Notes under the pieces: generated by a model
The model's database searches: none
Told to the model about the DNA's origin: nothing
The model's input: only the letters and a program-made list of their open reading frames with translations
Assembly: GCF_050872565.1 (NCBI RefSeq)
Contig: NZ_JBNMHC010000001.1
Coordinates: 1-54,641 of the forward strand
Length of the DNA: 54,641 bases
Source of the DNA: Butyricicoccus sp.
GTDB taxonomy: Bacteria; Bacillota; Clostridia; Oscillospirales; Butyricicoccaceae
Reading direction: 5' to 3'
Position numbers and translations under genes: made by a program
Part shown: one piece after another, positions 52,811 to 54,641 of the stretch
How positions within the stretch are numbered: the stretch's first letter is position 1
Layout: each line of letters starts with the position of its first letter

Positions 52811-53992
52811 ATGGTTTGTGTGGGAATTGACGTTGCAAAGGACAAGCACGACTGCTTCATCATCAGCTCAGAAGGCAAAGTTCTGGCAGATGTATTCACT
52901 ATCCAAAACAACGCTGAGGGCTTTGACACACTCTTGCAGACAATGCGTCTCTGTACCCATCCAGAAGATAAAATAAAAGTAGGGCTTGAGGCTACCGGAC
53001 ACTACAGCTACAACATCCTCGGATTTCTGCTTGATGAAGGTCTGGACACCTATGTCATCATTCCATTACATACTAACCTCTACCGGAAAAGTCTGAGCCT
53101 TCGCAAAACTAAGACTGACCGTGTTGATGCGCGAACTATCGCAGCTATGTTGCTGTCTGATGTGGACCTCAAGTCCTACACAAACACATCATACCACAAT
53201 GAGGAGTTAAAGTCACTTACAAGATACCGATTTGACAAAGTTCGTGAGAGAGCAAAGCTAAAGACATCCGTATCCAGATTGATCTGCATCCTCTTTCCAG
53301 AACTGGAAAAGTTGGTTCCATCGCTGCATGGTGCTTCAGTTTATGCACTTCTCAGCGAACTTCCCGGAGCCAAGCAGATTGCCAGATCGCACATGACACA
53401 TTTGAAAGCGGTTCTGAGCACCGCCTCCAAAGGCCGTTATGGACGCGCCATGGCCGAGACCATTCGGGATGCGGCACGTCGCTCTGTCGGTTCTGTTATG
53501 CCTGCCAAATCTCTTGAATTGCAACATACGATTCGGCTGATTTGGGAACTGGATTCTGAAATTCTAGACATTGAAACTGCCATTCAGGCGATGATGGAAG
53601 AAATATCTTCTCCTATTACCACTATTCCGGGTATTGGCGTTCGGATGGGTGCGATGATTCTGGCTGAGATTGGTGACTTCTCACGGTTCGATTCGCCGGA
53701 TAAGATTCTTGCCTACGCCGGGATGTTACCATCTACATACCAATCTGGGCAGATGTCACTCACTGGTCCCTATTCCCGTATGGAAAAACGTGGCTCTAGA
53801 TACCTGCGTTATGCCCTTTATAACGCCACCAAATATGTCTGCTTTTGGGATCCAACCTTTTCTGCTTATCTCGCCAAGAAACGTGCGGAGGGAAAACATT
53901 ACAATGTCGCACTCTCTCACGCTACAAAGAAGTTGGTGCGGTTGATTTTTGCAATGGAGAAATCTCGGCAGCCATACCGTAGCGCAACGTAA
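52811..53992 (+). CDS. IS110 family DEDD recombinase/transposase
   Basis: VGIDVAK, GLEATG, KTDRVDA, TIPGIG, AYAG..P..YQSG. Confidence 0.95.
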   Translation: MVCVGIDVAKDKHDCFIISSEGKVLADVFTIQNNAEGFDTLLQTMRLCTHPEDKIKVGLEATGHYSYNILGFLLDEGLDTYVIIPLHTNLYRKSLSLRKTKTDRVDARTIAAMLLSDVDLKSYTNTSYHNEELKSLTRYRFDKVRERAKLKTSVSRLICILFPELEKLVPSLHGASVYALLSELPGAKQIARSHMTHLKAVLSTASKGRYGRAMAETIRDAARRSVGSVMPAKSLELQHTIRLIWELDSEILDIETAIQAMMEEISSPITTIPGIGVRMGAMILAEIGDFSRFDSPDKILAYAGMLPSTYQSGQMSLTGPYSRMEKRGSRYLRYALYNATKYVCFWDPTFSAYLAKKRAEGKHYNVALSHATKKLVRLIFAMEKSRQPYRSAT

Positions 53993-54165
53993 TATACTTT
54001 AACTCCTTAAACTCATGCAGGCACCCTCCGGGATGTCTACTTTGCTATACTTTTTTTGAACGGCTATATTGGGGCTTTAGTTATTAGTTTGGAACTTGAC
54101 ATTTAATAGTTAGTCTTTTTGTAACAGTAACACGGAGTAACTTTTTTTGTCAAGAGCTAAAAATT

Positions 54166-54198
54166 AAGAGCAGGCACATTTCTGCGCCTGCTCTTTTT
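54166..54198 (-). terminator. Terminator after gatB
   Basis: AAGAGCAGGC/GCCTGCTCTT hairpin. Confidence 0.65.
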
Positions 54199-54208
54199 CT
54201 TGTATGTT

Positions 54209-54640
54209 TTACTCCATGCTATCCAGCGTCTTGCTGAGCAGCTGGTTAATCATCTTCGGGTTGCCCTTGCCCTTGGAAGCCTTCATGCACTGACCAACAA
54301 GGAAGCCAATGGCGTTCTTCTTGCCCTTCTTATAGTCTGCGACAGACTTCGGATTGGCAGTGAGAACCTCGTCAACCAGCTTTTGAATCGCACCCTCATC
54401 GGATACCTGCTTCAGACCCAGCTTGTCAACGATGGTATCAACAGAATCATCGGTCTCAAACAGCTGAACCAGAACCTTCTTACCAGCATTGCCGGAAATT
54501 GTGTTCTTCTCAATCAGCTCAATCATATCAACCAGCTTCTGTGCGGTCAGCTTGGTGTCCTTCAGCTCCAGATTCTTATCATTGAGATACTTAGAAATAT
54601 CAGACAGAATCCAGTTTGCGATGTTCTTGGCATCAACACG
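54209..54640 (-). CDS. gatB: Asp/Glu-tRNA amidotransferase subunit B, C-terminal part (5' end outside the window)
   Basis: ANWI...ISGNAGKKV...LKQVSDE...GFLVGQCMKASKGKGNP. Confidence 0.9.
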   Translation of the reverse strand, partial: RVDAKNIANWILSDISKYLNDKNLELKDTKLTAQKLVDMIELIEKNTISGNAGKKVLVQLFETDDSVDTIVDKLGLKQVSDEGAIQKLVDEVLTANPKSVADYKKGKKNAIGFLVGQCMKASKGKGNPKMINQLLSKTLDSME

Positions 54641-54641
54641 C

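Larger units (their letters stand above)
52570..54117 (+). mobile_element. IS110-family insertion sequence with CT(T) core at both ends
   Basis: CTT at 52570-52572 and 54115-54117; joining the ends gives TTGACA-17-TATTAT; long structured left non-coding end. Confidence 0.85.

Overview
Clostridia-like (Firmicute) chromosome segment. Host genes (C39-like peptidase, M20 peptidase, hydE on the left; tRNA cluster, hslO, methyltransferase, yerC, a lipoprotein and gatB on the right) flank a ~46.5-kb integrative conjugative element (2688-49176) inserted at the 3' end of tRNA-Cys, with a 12-bp direct repeat TGGAGGTGCCAC. The ICE carries a large serine recombinase, two paralogous Xre-repressor/divergent-promoter cassettes, a Gram-positive T4SS (VirD4, VirB6-like, PrgI, VirB4, a split wall hydrolase), MOBP relaxase/MobC/oriT, Rep/SSB/Toprim, a ParA + RHH partition module with 9-bp repeats, a class III Fic, an ABC-ATPase + putative nuclease pair, a sortase pilus cluster, two SLH wall enzymes and a WapA-like Rhs toxin with candidate immunity. 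Most notable: (1) the att site lies inside the integrase gene, so integration swaps its C-terminus, and the gene also contains a replacement terminator for the tRNA operon; (2) a tRNA-like ncRNA in the rep leader; (3) two Frpo-like ssDNA promoters in the predicted leading region; (4) an IS110 whose predicted bridge RNA targets the Shine-Dalgarno sequence. All calls are by eye from sequence and motifs; no searches were run.
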